This document shows positions 27,299 through 39,845 of a stretch of DNA of 64,000 nt, in pieces. The translations under genes were made by a program, and so were the position numbers. The stretch is from the human T2T-CHM13v2.0 reference genome, Homo sapiens. Location: NCBI RefSeq assembly GCF_009914755.1, contig NC_060940.1. One strand, given 5' to 3'. The first letter of the stretch is position 1. Each line of letters opens with the position of its first letter. The notes beneath the pieces were generated by a model. That model was given only the letters and a program-made list of their open reading frames with translations, had not been told where the DNA came from and did no database searches.

Positions 27299-29244
27299 TT
27301 GGGCAATTTATGTGGCTTTATACCTGATTCATTTGGATGTATTTTTTCTATTCATCTAGACATATATTGCTTTCAAGTAGTTAGGATTTTATTTGGACAG
27401 CAAATAATACCAGTCAAATCTTTGTGTGGATATTAACTCCCCCATGCTATTTCAGTTGCTTTTCTGTTTCTCAAGTTAATGATGTACAAATTAAAGTTAT
27501 AAAAAATAGGATTCCCATTTAATCACCAAACATGCAAAACAAAAAACCCAAAACAAACAAAAAAACTCTATTTGAAGAGGAGTTAATAATTGTATGTCTA
27601 AAAGAAACACGTTATACAGTAAAAACTCACTTAAAGCTATAGTATTTACAATGTGTCCAAGAGTTTAAGCTAGAATTCCTGGTCAAGCAAGTTGTCTCAG
27701 TCTTATAATATTGCTTTTTCCAGACATTCAACCAGGATAGATTCAGGTAAATACAGATACAGAGACAGATAGAAATATAGAGTGGTATATAGTCATCAAG
27801 CCAATGCTAGAACAAAATATTTAATCTCTAGACTATTGTTGTTTTGCTCAAACATCATTGGCAAGATTTACAGAGTTAAACAAGAAGTGCATTGATAAGT
27901 CATCCTAAAGTTATTCTAGAATAGAAACAAGTTACAGTTCATCTGTGAAATTCTCACTTAGCTCAAATTCACAGGACAGAAACAATATGGAAGGTTTGTA
28001 GTTCAGGGGCTTGCCAGGGTCCCTGAAACTAGTGATGTCTGGTTTTGGTCATTGCAGAGACTAAACTTCAGAAGCAGAGCATCTGGTAATGGCCATGTAA
28101 CCTCTGAAGGCCTTGTCTGGGCCACACACAATTTATTTGCTAAATCATAATGTATCGTCCTCCAGTGTGTTACACAATCTGGTAGAACTGTGGTAGAATC
28201 CTTTGTTCATTGTCTAGTCACTCATAAATTGCACCCACTATGTAATAATAATTAACCCATCCAAGGATTTTCCAAATTGGCTAATCCCCCTATGTTCTAC
28301 ATCTTAGATGATTTTTTTTTACTTGCAAAATGAATGGTATAAGATGGGATAATTTATTTAATAATACATTTAAAAGTGGTGACCCAGATGTGGTAGGGGG
28401 TTTCTGGCCAGGCTACCCAGATACAGATAGATTTAGCCAGAGAGAAAGCTATATATATACATCTTCATAAAAGCAGATTCACACAGTGCTTTAGGTGCAG
28501 CATCATAGAGGCTGGCCACATTTTATTCATAATAACTAATTTATTTTTTATTTTTATATTTTTGGTATAACACGTGTGATCAAAGTTTTTCTTGAGCACA
28601 ACAAATCCTGACATAGCACTTTCCCCAAATTAAGTGCTAAATTACATACATGGAACAAACAAGTTCCAGAGGCCATCCCTGATTTTGACTGTCTGGATAT
28701 TCTGTCTCGGCCAATGTAACATTCATTTTATAATTGTAGTTGTCTGCTGTCTATATCATATTTCAGAATTTTTCACATTGAAATTGTTCAGAATCTTTCT
28801 CTTCAAGCCAGAGGCCTATAACTAGCCTGTAGAAATATTTATAGCAATTCAACTGTTTATTTTTTCTAAAATGAGAAGCAAAATATGTAACAACAAATAT
28901 TCTGATTAAAGTTATTCATTAATTAATATGACTAATAACAAAAGCAATCATATTTATTAATGAATTCTTCAGATTTCATGTACAGAATTTGGTTACCACA
29001 TTTATATTAATCAGCAACGATTTTCTACCTGTCTCAGGTAAGGCTGACCTAGCCAAAAATTGGCTTGGCTATTGGACGTGCTCTAATTGGCCAGGGTGAA
29101 TCGGCCTAGCAGGTTATATGCACAGGAATCTGTTGTGATTAATAAAAACCTTCAAATCTTTGACTTCCTCGCACTCCGTTACAGTTGTATACATTTGCTT
29201 TAGAATGGAGTCTTAGTTTTACCATATGAGATTTGATTCACATT

Positions 29245-30059
29245 GCTATTTTCATAGTACCTATTTTTGTCTTAAGAAAATGACATTAGTTTGTACCTTC
29301 ACTGATCTTATCAGAAAATTCTTTAAGTATTAGGCAACTCTCACACTCTTGGCGGCAGAAAATAGTTTTCCAAATTCAATTTTTCATTTGAAAACTTGAA
29401 TTTTATCTTTCACAACATATGCTGTGTAATTGTTTTTCTTGAAGTGACACATTTACTTCATTCATTTTAGAGAAAATGTCCACCAAATACCCAAGTCTGA
29501 ACAACCATAGTTTGTCTGTTAGTCATTCTTTCAAATAAAAATGGTGTTACATGAAGCAAAAAGCAACTAATTCAGTTCACAACTCAAAGGTTCACGTAAG
29601 TGCTTTTCCTGGAGACAATGATCAGACTTCAGAGTGCACCAGAAGTACTTTATTTCTGTTTCCCATTTTAACACACAAAATGTTAGAAAGTCTTGCAGTC
29701 AAGGGTCAAGATTTAATTAAATGAAGAGTTTTTACAGCTTCATTAAGGAGATTCTTAAATAAATTTGGCTTTTTATTCCTTTTCCTACAATTGTCTGGCA
29801 GTGTAATGTTTTCTACTTCATGAATTCAATGATTATTATTATTGTTTTGTGTCCTTGCCTTAATTTGTGCTAAGTACCAGGAATTTTACCTAACTTTGTT
29901 TTATACCAAATTTGGTTCCGTATTAAAATGGAAATGGAAATGTCAACAGAGTGAAAAAGACATCTTAGAATTATCATGAAATAGTTTTGAGCCCCTGTGC
30001 CCTCTCAAAGTGTCCCAGGGACCACTACACGTCTACAGATCACACTTTGAGGACTACTG
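29245..30059. mobile_element. Charlie1-like hAT DNA transposon fragment
   Basis: ggcggcagaaaatagttttccaaattc, ttcagttcacaactcaa, and terminal gatcacactttgaggactactg resemble Charlie1. Confidence 0.5.
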
Positions 30060-30677
30060 ACCTAATATAATGCCAGCGTTGGTAACCATTGACATAGTTA
30101 AGAATCGCAGTACTTAGAATTTGTATTTACAACTAGAAGTGTTAAAACAACATTCCTCATATAGAAATAATTTAGGCATATTTGTATATGTGTTATTGGT
30201 CAGAATGATTTATTTACATAACCCATTTCTGCTGTTCAGCAGTATAACAATTGAATAACAATTTCATTAAAATGTTTACATATTTAATCACAAAACAGTT
30301 TAATCATTTTATGATGTTGCTACTACTCCATAATTTCAAAATAATTAAAACTAATATGAAGTGGCCACATGGCCACATGGTCCTAGAGACATATAGTTAA
30401 TACCTTGTGTTAAATATAAATGCACCAAGTAAATCCGATATAATATGCATTCATAATAAATGTAGGTGAACCCACAAGGCTGATAGAACTCAGAAATAAA
30501 CTCAACATACAATAATACTGCTTGAGCCAGAAATACCTGAAGTTTTTATATTTCCAATTTATATGTAGTAGATGCTTAAAGTGGAAAATAGTGTTATGAT
30601 GACTTATTAAGCAATGAAGTCAGCACAGTTTCTATTTGGACAGAAATTCTGACTTTATATTTCTTTTCTCTCTCTAG

Positions 30678-30871
30678 GTCTGATAGCTGTTGTGATTTTT
30701 ATCTTGCTTTGCATCACTGCCATAGCTGTTCGCATTTATCAGCAGAAAAGGTTATATAAAAGAAGTGAGGCAAAAAGGTCAGAGAATGTAGACAGTGCTG
30801 AGGCTGTTCTGAAAAGTGAGCTTAATATACAAAATGCAGTCAATGAAAATCAGAAAGAGTACTTCTTCTGA
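30678..30871 (+). CDS. CNTNAP4: CNTNAP4 terminal coding exon: transmembrane helix, cytoplasmic tail, C-terminal PDZ-binding motif EYFF, stop TGA
   Basis: Strong acceptor ttcttttctctctctAG. Translates (G)LIAVVIFILLCITAIAVRIYQQKRLYKRSEAKRSENVDSAEAVLKSELNIQNAVNENQKEYFF*. The EYFF end fits CASPR4 (CASPR2 ends EWLI; CASPR3 lacks a PDZ motif). Confidence 0.96.
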
Positions 30872-31361
30872 TTGGCAGCTATGATTTAACATAAAATTAT
30901 GATAGTTTGTTTTAATAGCCAGGAGTTCTCAATGGAAAAACGAATGCTCTTACACTGAATGTACAGGCAGTGGGCTTGCAGCACTGCCATCTTGCCATGT
31001 ACAGGCTTGGGGTGGCTCCAGGAAGCCTCGTCCAGTGATATATTTCTCATAGCATTCATTCTATGGAACAAGAAATTAGATATTGCTGTTAATTTTCAAC
31101 TGTTCTGGTATGATCTAAAACAAGTTTAACCTGCTTAATGGCTACAGTTTTTACATGTGAAAACTGTAGCCTTGGTCTCTTAACCATGTAATACATAAGT
31201 TTTGTTAGAGGTAAAAATTAAATTTGGACTATAATGTCCTTGCTTTATTTGAGAACATTTGCTGTGTTTGCTTTTGTCTCCTCGTGGTGTTATTCATAGA
31301 CCTGGAAATGCTTCTCAGATCCTGTGTGGCCGGTGTTTGCATCTTCAGTGGCCACAAGCAT

Positions 31362-31367
31362 AATAAA
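31362..31367 (+). terminator. Proximal candidate polyadenylation signal AATAAA
   Basis: Canonical hexamer followed by a GU/U-rich tract (tgttttgctgtctttgctttgtttgt at ~31425-31450). Confidence 0.5.
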
Positions 31368-32921
31368 GCCCCTTTGCCTTTCTCTGTATTATATTCAATA
31401 CAATACATCAATAGTCTTGAAAAATGTTTTGCTGTCTTTGCTTTGTTTGTATTGCTCATTATTCTATTTGTCTCTTCTTAATAATGTTGAATACATTTGG
31501 TTTTGAGTCTCAGACTTCAACTCTGAACATACAAGTTGTATTTAACAAGACTCAGAAAGTGCAGTGGTTGTTAGTATGTAATGTCTTTCCTTTTAAAAAA
31601 AAGTTTTCCAATTAATTTGCTACCACTGTTTGATGGTGACAGTACTTAAGACCCTGAGTAATGCCAGTTTCCCAAAGAATGTAAAATGTTTTCAACTAAA
31701 CTGTTGATATATTAAAAAAAATTCTTAACACAGCAAAAAATTATTATTTAATTTACAACTGTAATACCTCAAATGAAATATACTTATGAGACTATTTTGC
31801 CCAAACCTAGATCAGTCCTTTATTGGTTTACATTTCTGTTTTTCTGAAGTTTATCACAAACTTCGCCTTGATCTTCAATGATTATACTTCACGAATCATC
31901 TTATATATTACCAAAAAAGAGACAAATTGAAGTATAGAGCCCCATTTCCCATTCTGAAACATATACCCCTTTAGGTGTACATTTTGCTGTGCATAGACTT
32001 CCAGTACATACTTTTTGAAATATGAGCTGCAACCATCAGTGATCTACACAATCAATAATTAAACAATGCACACTCTAAGGGGAGATAGCATATTAAATGA
32101 TCTACTGTGAATTTGTCATTCCAGACACTTCTCGTCTGAAACGATGGGGTGAATTTCTCAAAAATTACCAAGAATCAATCCAACTTGCTGAATGGTACAT
32201 TCTGATTAGGGTGTATTATACACTAGGAGATCAAAGAATGATCAATAACCTTATGGAACTGTTACAATAATTAATCTTGAGACCATGCATACAAGGAACT
32301 ATCTTTGAATTCTGCAAGCCAATCATACAATAAAGGCACTCTATTATACATACTCACACCTTCAAGTGCCTCCCAAGTAACTATTGGATTTCTTAGTTTG
32401 TCTACACCAGAAGAATCGGGAAATATGTAAATTTAGCATTACTATCATCTTATTTTCTATATTTTCCTTGTTAACTCTTCTTATAAAACCTGCCTCTCTT
32501 TTCTCATAGCACTATATCCATATTGATGTTTCTGCAAATGCCTGACTAAATCTTAAGAACCTGAATTAACATAGTAGTTTACGAAGGACTAAGGACCTAT
32601 GTTGGTAGATGGTATACTCTTTGTTTGATTGGAAGATCTATGGTGACAAGGGAAGGATTTAACATAGAAATGGCATTATTTATTCGATGCAAAGCTGAGT
32701 GCAAACATCATTATATCTCTGAATCTTTTGCAGATGTTCATGTTATTTAGTAGCGGTATTAACCTCATTGGTAGCTGAACTCTAGGGAGGTTTATTGGTG
32801 AAGCCTCACAGTCCTCTGTGGTCTGCACTGCTAGAGACTCAACATTATGGCATGGAAATGCATTGACACATCCTATGCCATGACTTTAATTTCCTGATTT
32901 GTAATCTCTTATTTTATCATT

Positions 32922-32927
32922 AATAAA
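32922..32927 (+). terminator. Distal polyadenylation signal AATAAA
   Basis: Canonical hexamer with an upstream TGTA (32900-32903) and a U-rich context. Confidence 0.7.
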
Positions 32928-34069
32928 ATGCATTTTTGAACTAAAATGCAAAACAGAAGTCAATCATTTCAAAATTATCTTTCAGTAGATGTTTTTGTCC
33001 TTCAGAACAACAGAGTCACTCATAGAATTGGACAGCACTGACATGATTTAGTGTGAACAGTTTTACAGATGAAAAGTCCAGGATGCGGATATATCAATTG
33101 ACATTCCCAAGGGGACATGTAACATTGTGTAAGTGTTGAAGATGTGACTACAATGTCCTTTTTTACTCCACATGATATTGATCTTCCAAGACCTGGAATT
33201 TTGACAGTTATTTAGTGGTGTAGAAAAATCTGAAAGATCTTGATACTTTCTTTGTCCACAATGATCTATAGTTCTATAGCTTATCCATTATCTGTTCTAA
33301 ATGAACATCAACCTTTATTTGATAGGTCATTGCTGTTGATAGGTTTGCCTTTCTTTTAAAAATATTTGGTAGGTTTATGACCCTTGACTGCAGGAGAGAC
33401 AATTATTATCACTGGAGCACTTTTATGTAGGCTTTGTGAAATCCACAATAGGAATTAGATGTCACTGAGGGAATCATCAAATATTTTCCTCCTGATAGAA
33501 GGATAAATTAGACACATTCTAAATCAATGCATGTTCAAGCGAATTGTTTGATTTTCAAACTCATGTATCAACTAAATGACAAATCGACTAGATACCTTCA
33601 ATATATTCTGGTTGTCTTTCGCTTTTCCAAAGTCTGGATGGGAGAGAGTGGTAACGTGGAGGAAAAAGTTCAGAAGCTGAATGTCTTTGTGTTGGGGATG
33701 TGGGTGGGTGAGCACATTTGTGTGTGCAACAAATAATAAGAAATTAAGATAAGGGAACAACATAGTGTACTTACAATGTGATTAAGAAAGCTGGAGCTTG
33801 GCTTTGAAGATTTGCAAATAAAAATAGAAGGGGATGGAAAATAAATCTGACTACAAGTATAATAACTTTTCCAGTACAATCTTTAAAAAATCTGTTTTTC
33901 TATTTTAACATTGTCTTTATTTATTAAAAATACATGCACATACTTAAAAAATCAAATAGCTCAAGAAAGCTTACAAAAAATATCTTTCCATTGCCAGATC
34001 CCCTTCCCAACACTTAAAACTCTTTTAACTGTGTCTTTCACTGTCTCTGTGTTTATAAATAACCAGCAG

Positions 34070-37000
34070 CTACAGGTTAGGTTCCCTGGGAAGCAAACTT
34101 TGAGACAGAGATTATGCTGGAAGAAATCTGTTAGGGGCTACTGTAGAGATCAACGCCTGTTGAAGACAGAATGATGTGGGGTGGGGCAGATGGAGAAGTA
34201 AAGCTGTGGTATGGTCACAAGAAGGGATCAGCCGACCCTGCTGACATGGTCCTTTAGTGACATACAGAGTTAGGGTGGATGAAATGGGAATTTATACTTC
34301 TGCATTGACCAGGCATTGGATGTTAACTTCTTGATGAGGTGGGCATGAACTTGGACAAATGGCTCTTTTCAGCTTAGGTGGTTCCTGAAGAGGGAGGACA
34401 AACATCACCAGCAGCCGAGAAGAATAAATTGCTGAGTCCTGAAATAGGAGTCTCAGTGGCACAGTACAGCATCTCTGAGGTTCCCCCTTGTGCTAACCAG
34501 ATCCACTTGCTTCATATGAGTTCTGGGAGTAGCTCCTTCAGAATTCTAGTGAGCTTCATATCTTGGACAGGAGGGAGTAGTATGGAATAAACCACAGACC
34601 CTACCACTGCAGGTAGTCTCTCAGTTGTAGCTTGTACTCATCTTTTTCCTCCTCTACCATCCACACCAGCTGACAACACTACAAGGAGTTTGAACCCTTG
34701 TCTCCTATGACCTTCTCAGGGTATATCTGCTGTACTTTTGCAATTACCATTAAAATTGATCAAAGAAGTATCAACATGCAAAGCACATTTCTCCCTTCCT
34801 CAGAGTGTAATTTCACCTCCCTCACTTATTGTTGGTTACAGACAGTTACTTCTCACATACCCTCTCAGAAAATCTTGAATCGGTGAAAGATCCACATTAC
34901 AGCAAAGGATAAGTGGGAGTGGGCACATTGCCATGAGATATGCTGGTCCTGTCACATTCCACACCACCAGAGGGGCTCTGTAGACCCTCAACAGGTGGTG
35001 GTGGCTGATGGCTTGCAGGCAGTAAAGACAACCCAAACCTGAAGGAAGTCATAATTCTTACTACAATGAATCTCTGTCCCTTTCAGAGTAGAGGGATCTG
35101 ATGTACTCAGCTTGCCACAGAATTTATCTGCTGGTAGAGAGAAATTATTTTGGGGGATGAACACTGGTCTCTGTTGATCATTAGGACATTCAGGAGTGGT
35201 AGTAGCTAGATCAGTCCTGATGAGCGGGAATGCTCACTGCTTGTCTATGAGTAGCTCCTACCCCTGCCTGCATGGCTACTCTGTTCATATGCTCATTGCC
35301 CCAGCACTTTGGTGGCCAGTGATTGAAGTTGGTTTAATGCCAACCATGCATAGGTCATTCTATCTACTAATTGTTGTTTAGTGATTCTTCCATGATTCTT
35401 TCCATGGTGGGCAAATAATTTTATGTTTTATGACCACTCCCATAGGTCCATTTACATGCTTCTACTTCAGACCTCCTTGTTTCCAATCTTCCAGTCTCTT
35501 TCTAGGTCTCTGACAAACTGACCAACCTACTGCCCATAAGTCCATATAGCATATAATATAATTTCATATGTATATATAAATTATAACCTCAGTCTATTCC
35601 TTTCATGCAGAGTGAATGAGCATGGGTGCCATGCAAATGTTCTGCCATTGGGAGGGCTTTTCCTCATTGCCATCTTGTGATGCCACCCTAATTGGCACTG
35701 TAGTGGTGGCATTTTCCATGTTCACCTTGCACCCATATTCCAAGTCAACCCATCCATGCCAAGATAAGATATTTCCCTTCTCCAGCAGTTGATGGTAAGA
35801 GACCCTTCATGCAGCCCTAGGTGTAAGCTGAGGGAAAGGTACTGTTGGGACAGTGGTGGATCACAGGGGTCTGGGCTACTGGCTTATGCAGCTTGCTGGC
35901 ACCTGCTCATGCTTGGCTCCAGATGCATCATTTCCAGTTGATGATGGCTTCCTGCTGGGCCCAGGTAACTTTATGACTTGGTGGACCTGACAGAACCCAG
36001 CTCATTATGGGCATTTCTGCCCATATTTGCTGTGCCAATGTGATGTAAGGCATTTCGTCTCTAGCAGGGCCCAATAGCAAGCCTGGAACCTTTTTAGAAA
36101 GTTGTGTTTCTCTACGCCAGGTGACCTGGCACTGCTATAGTTCCCTGAGTTTTTCAATGTGATGTTCCCACTGGTGACTTCCAGTGAAGTCTACATAGCA
36201 TTATTTTGACCATTGCTCTGTTCCAATATAACTTTATTCACTAAACACGTAGTGGGTCAGATCTGGCCTACAAGCCATAGTTTTCTGATGTCTTCTCTAA
36301 ACCACTGGATGTCTAATAATTGAACTGATTGGGCAGCCAATATAGCAGACCAGTGTTTTCTGCAGAATTGTCCACATGACACTTGTCTCTTCAGACTGTA
36401 TCAGGACAGAGAGAGGGAGTAGCCTTGGGGCAAGACTATTTGTCCATTCCAGGTAAATGCAAACTGTTTCTAAATTTCTTTTCTGATAGGTTTGGAAAAG
36501 GATATATTGTTCAGGTTGTTTAGTCATCTAGTACATACCTGAGACCATGTTAACATGTCCTAGCTAAAGAACCACATCTGATACAGCAGGTGCAATTGGG
36601 AGTTCTGCCTGTTTAAGTTTGTGGCAGCCCATTGCTGTTCTCAGCATCCTCTGGTTCCTTCGGGGGCTAGATCAGAAAATTAACTGGAGGTACCATGGGG
36701 GCCACTGACTTTGCATGTTTTCAATCCTTAAGGATAGCATTATTTTTGTCCCTCTGCCCCCCAGCATAGATTTGCCATTTTGGACAGTGGAGCTGGGGAG
36801 GGAATAATTTCTGCCACTTGGATTATTTTACTGTCACTGCTCTTCTTATGTCACCTCATTGTCTGAGGAACCAAAGTGGGGGCGGTATCAGCACTAGGCA
36901 AATTCATTCTAATTATATATTTGGAGAGCAGAGAAATGACTACTGCTGGGTCCATTGGCTCGACCTGAGCCAGGACTCCATTTCCTGGTGCCAGTATACC

Positions 37001-37240
37001 TGCACTCTTATGAGGGATGGGGATAGACCAGGAGAAAGCTCTAGTTATCAACGTCAACTCAGATCCTTTGTCCGATTGTCCTTGAAATGTTTGTCTATTC
37101 TTCTTTCTCCACATAATGTACAGTTATTGTAGTAAATGGTCACAGTTCCCTTTGGAAAACCCCGGGGAATCACTAGTGTCTACACTCATGGGGATGCTGC
37201 AGGGTCCTTTTCCCTGCAGATCTCCCTGCAAACATTTCTG
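34070..37240 (-). mobile_element. Degenerate ERVL provirus: LTR16-like LTR (~34070-34475) plus internal pol relic (HERV16/ERV3-16A3-like)
   Basis: The - strand at 36020-35883 translates AEMPIMSWVLSGPPSHKVTWAQQEAIINWK*CIWSQA*AGASKLHK (cf. ERV-L PIMNWVLSDPSSHKVGRAQQ.SIIKWKWYI). At ~35400-35170 it gives ATKVLGQ*AYEQSSHAGRG and PLIRTDLATTTPECP, similar to the integrase HHCC region. The LTR starts gttaggttccctgggaagcaaactttgagacagagatt. Confidence 0.8.
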
Positions 37241-37309
37241 CAGCCTCTTTTATATACAGTGACTTCTAGTTTTGAAAACTGACTCATGCTTAAAGACAAA
37301 AGATTGTTA

Positions 37310-37770
37310 CTTTAACAAACTTTGAGACAATAAACATGTTACAGAAAATTTGGAAGTATGATACATTATTACCATCTAGTCTCCAGACCTCATAGATTCA
37401 CTAGCTGTCCCAATGACGTATTTTATAACAAAAGAATCCACTTTAGAATCATGTATGACATTCAGTTGTCATCTATTTTTAGTTTGCTTTTGTTGAAGGA
37501 GTTTATCAGACTTTCCTTGACTTCCACACCCATGATATCTTTGTAAAGGTTATAGACCACTTAGTATCACAGCCCTCAGTTTGGGTTTGGCTGATGTTTC
37601 CTCTTGATTGCATTCAGTTTATTCATATTAGTCAATGATAGCACTGAACTGGTGCTGTGTTTTTCTCATTGCATCCTAGCAGGGGGTGCAGTGCATAATT
37701 TCAATTTGTCCAATAACTGATGATGGTCACTCTGATACATATGGTCTGTAAAGTTTCTCCGCTGTAAGGT
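37310..37770 (-). mobile_element. Old L1 3' fragment (L1MC-like)
   Basis: ttgggtttggctgatgtttcctcttgatt...taactgatgatggtcactctgat resembles an antisense L1MC 3' UTR. Confidence 0.5.
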
Positions 37771-38289
37771 TACTTCACCTCTATCCTCCACCTGCAGGTC
37801 CCAACATTTCTCTGCTGCACTTTAGTGAGCCTGCCACTGTCTCAATGCATTCTGTACTTGCTTCTCTCAAGACTGCTTCACAGCTGTCAACCCAAGGCTT
37901 CCTTTCTTCTCATGCTGGGAATTCCCTCCCTCTCATTCCTGATGTATCTGTTGAATCCCCAGTGTCTTCCTCCTTATGCCTTTCTCATGTTCGACTGACT
38001 CACTCATTTTGATGAAATAAATCTTGCAGTTCCTTCCAGAGAAACAATGTGTAGGAGGCAAGCATTTTGAGAACTTTTATGTTCATAAATATATTTATTT
38101 TCACATTAGATCAACAGATTTATGAAATACATAATTGTAATTTGCAATTAATTTCCTTTCAGAATTTTTATGGCATTGCACCACTGAATTTTATTTTTAA
38201 ATGATAGAACTTCTACATTTGTAAAGTCTATTGATCTTTCTTTGTGATTTCTTTTTTATTATTTTTTAAATGTTTTTCTTCATTTGAAT

Positions 38290-38930
38290 ACTGTAAAATT
38301 AACCCTTGTGATATATACCTCTGTGAGCTTGTACAAGTGCATAGTATTATGTGTGCACCTATACAACCATAATATAGAACAGTTTCATCACTCCCTAAAA
38401 TTCCCTCAGGCTTTCTCTTTGTGGTCAGCCCCTCTCCCCACTTCCTTACTCTGGTATTCACTTATCTGTTGTCCATACTTACATTTTTGCATTTTCTAGA
38501 ATGCCATATAAATGGGACCATACAGTATGCCATCTTTTGCGTTTCGCTTCTTTCACTTCAGGAAAGACCCATTCCATGTTTTTTTTTTTTTTTTTTTGCT
38601 GAATAATATTTATTATATGAAAGTATCACAGATTTTTCATTCATCTGTTGATGAAAACAAGGCTGTTTCCAGGTTTTGCAATTATAAATAAAGGTGCTAT
38701 CAAATTCCCATTTTGTTTTTTGTGTGAACATAAATTTTTATTTCTCTTAGGTAAATGCCTAGAATTGGAATTTCTGTATCGTATGGTAAGGGAATGTATA
38801 ACTTTTTAAGAAATTGCCAAAATTGCTATTTTAGTTTTCATTTACACCAGCAATGAATGAGAGATTGTGTGGGTCTGCATTCTCAAAATTTAATATTGTC
38901 AGCTTGTATGTTTTGGGTTTTCCTTAAGTC
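38290..38930 (-). mobile_element. Old L1 3' fragment (L1MB/MC-like)
   Basis: ttttgcattttctagaatgccatataaatggg, ttcatctgttgatg, taggtaaatgcctagaattggaatt, caccagcaatgaatgaga. Confidence 0.7.
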
Positions 38931-38949
38931 CCACTCATAGGTATACAGT

Positions 38950-39415
38950 TGAAGAGTTCACGAGTCCCTAAGAAATCCCTCGATTCTGATACCATCTGTG
39001 AGCTTGAGGATACTCAAGACGACCTTCAGCTTCAATAATTTGATAGAATGATTCACAGAACGCCCAGAAAGCTACCATGCTGGGGTATAGTTTATTACAG
39101 CAAAAGGTTGCAGATTAAAGTTACCATAGGAAAAAGACACAGCATCCAGTAGAGTTCTAAGCGTGAACTTTCAATTGTCCTCTCCCAGTGGACCTGTGAA
39201 GAGTGCTAAATTCTTCCAGCAACAATGTGTGCAATATGCATGAAGTATTGCCCACCAGGGAAGCTTACATGAGTCTTGGTGTGCAGAGTTTTATACTGGG
39301 GCATGGTCACAGTGACATGGTTGATTGCCTGCATGGCCGAAGTTATTCTCTAAAAGCTTCTTTGCCATAAATAACATTATTTGCATAGACTCTCTGATGT
39401 GGCCAGAGTTCCCAA
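38950..39415. mobile_element. MER21-like LTR fragment
   Basis: tagtttattacagcaaaaggttgcagattaaa, gaagtattgcccaccagggaagctt, tgcagagttttatactggggc. Confidence 0.5.
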
Positions 39416-39558
39416 GCCTGGCTAATTTTTGGATTTTTAGTAGAGATGGGGTTTCACCATGCTGGCCAGGCTGGTCTTGAACTCCTGATCTCAGGTGATT
39501 CATCTACCTCAGCCTCCCAAAGTGCTGGGATTATGAGCATCAGCCACCACATCCAGCC
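39416..39558 (-). mobile_element. Alu left monomer only (3' half and tail missing)
   Basis: gcctggctaatttttggatttttagtagagatgggg...cagccaccacatccagcc. Confidence 0.85.
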
Positions 39559-39589
39559 TCTTCATTTACAAAATCAGCAATGGCAGGTC

Positions 39590-39845
39590 AAGTCTTTCTC
39601 AAACTGCATCACTGATACCTCTTCTTTTTCCTTCTCCTTCTATTTTTAAACACTTGTAATTACATTGAGACCACAATCCAGATAATCAAATCATTAAGCA
39701 TAATCTCCCTATTTAATGCCAATTGATTTGTGTCCTGTATTCCATCTGCAACCTTGTTCCTCTTTGCTGTGTATGGCATGTATTCACAGGTTGCAGGGAC
39801 TAGGATGTGGACAGCTTTGCAGGTCATTATTCTGCTTATCACACC
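39590..39845 (-). mobile_element. MLT1 (MaLR) LTR fragment
   Basis: ttgtaattacattgagacc...tattcacaggttgcagggactaggatgtggaca...attctgcttatcaca. Confidence 0.6.

Larger units (their letters stand above)
30872..32945 (+). other. CNTNAP4: CNTNAP4 3' UTR (longest predicted form, ~2.07 kb)
   Basis: AU-rich sequence after the stop with no recognisable interspersed repeat. AATAAA hexamers at 31362, 32329 and 32922. The end is inferred ~20 nt after the distal hexamer. Confidence 0.7.

Noticed and set aside
30678-30871. Assignment to CNTNAP3/CNTNAP3B or CNTNAP5
   Set aside because: The long cytoplasmic tail ending NQKEYFF fits CASPR4. CASPR3 has a short tail without a PDZ motif and CASPR5 ends differently (from memory; BLASTP would confirm).
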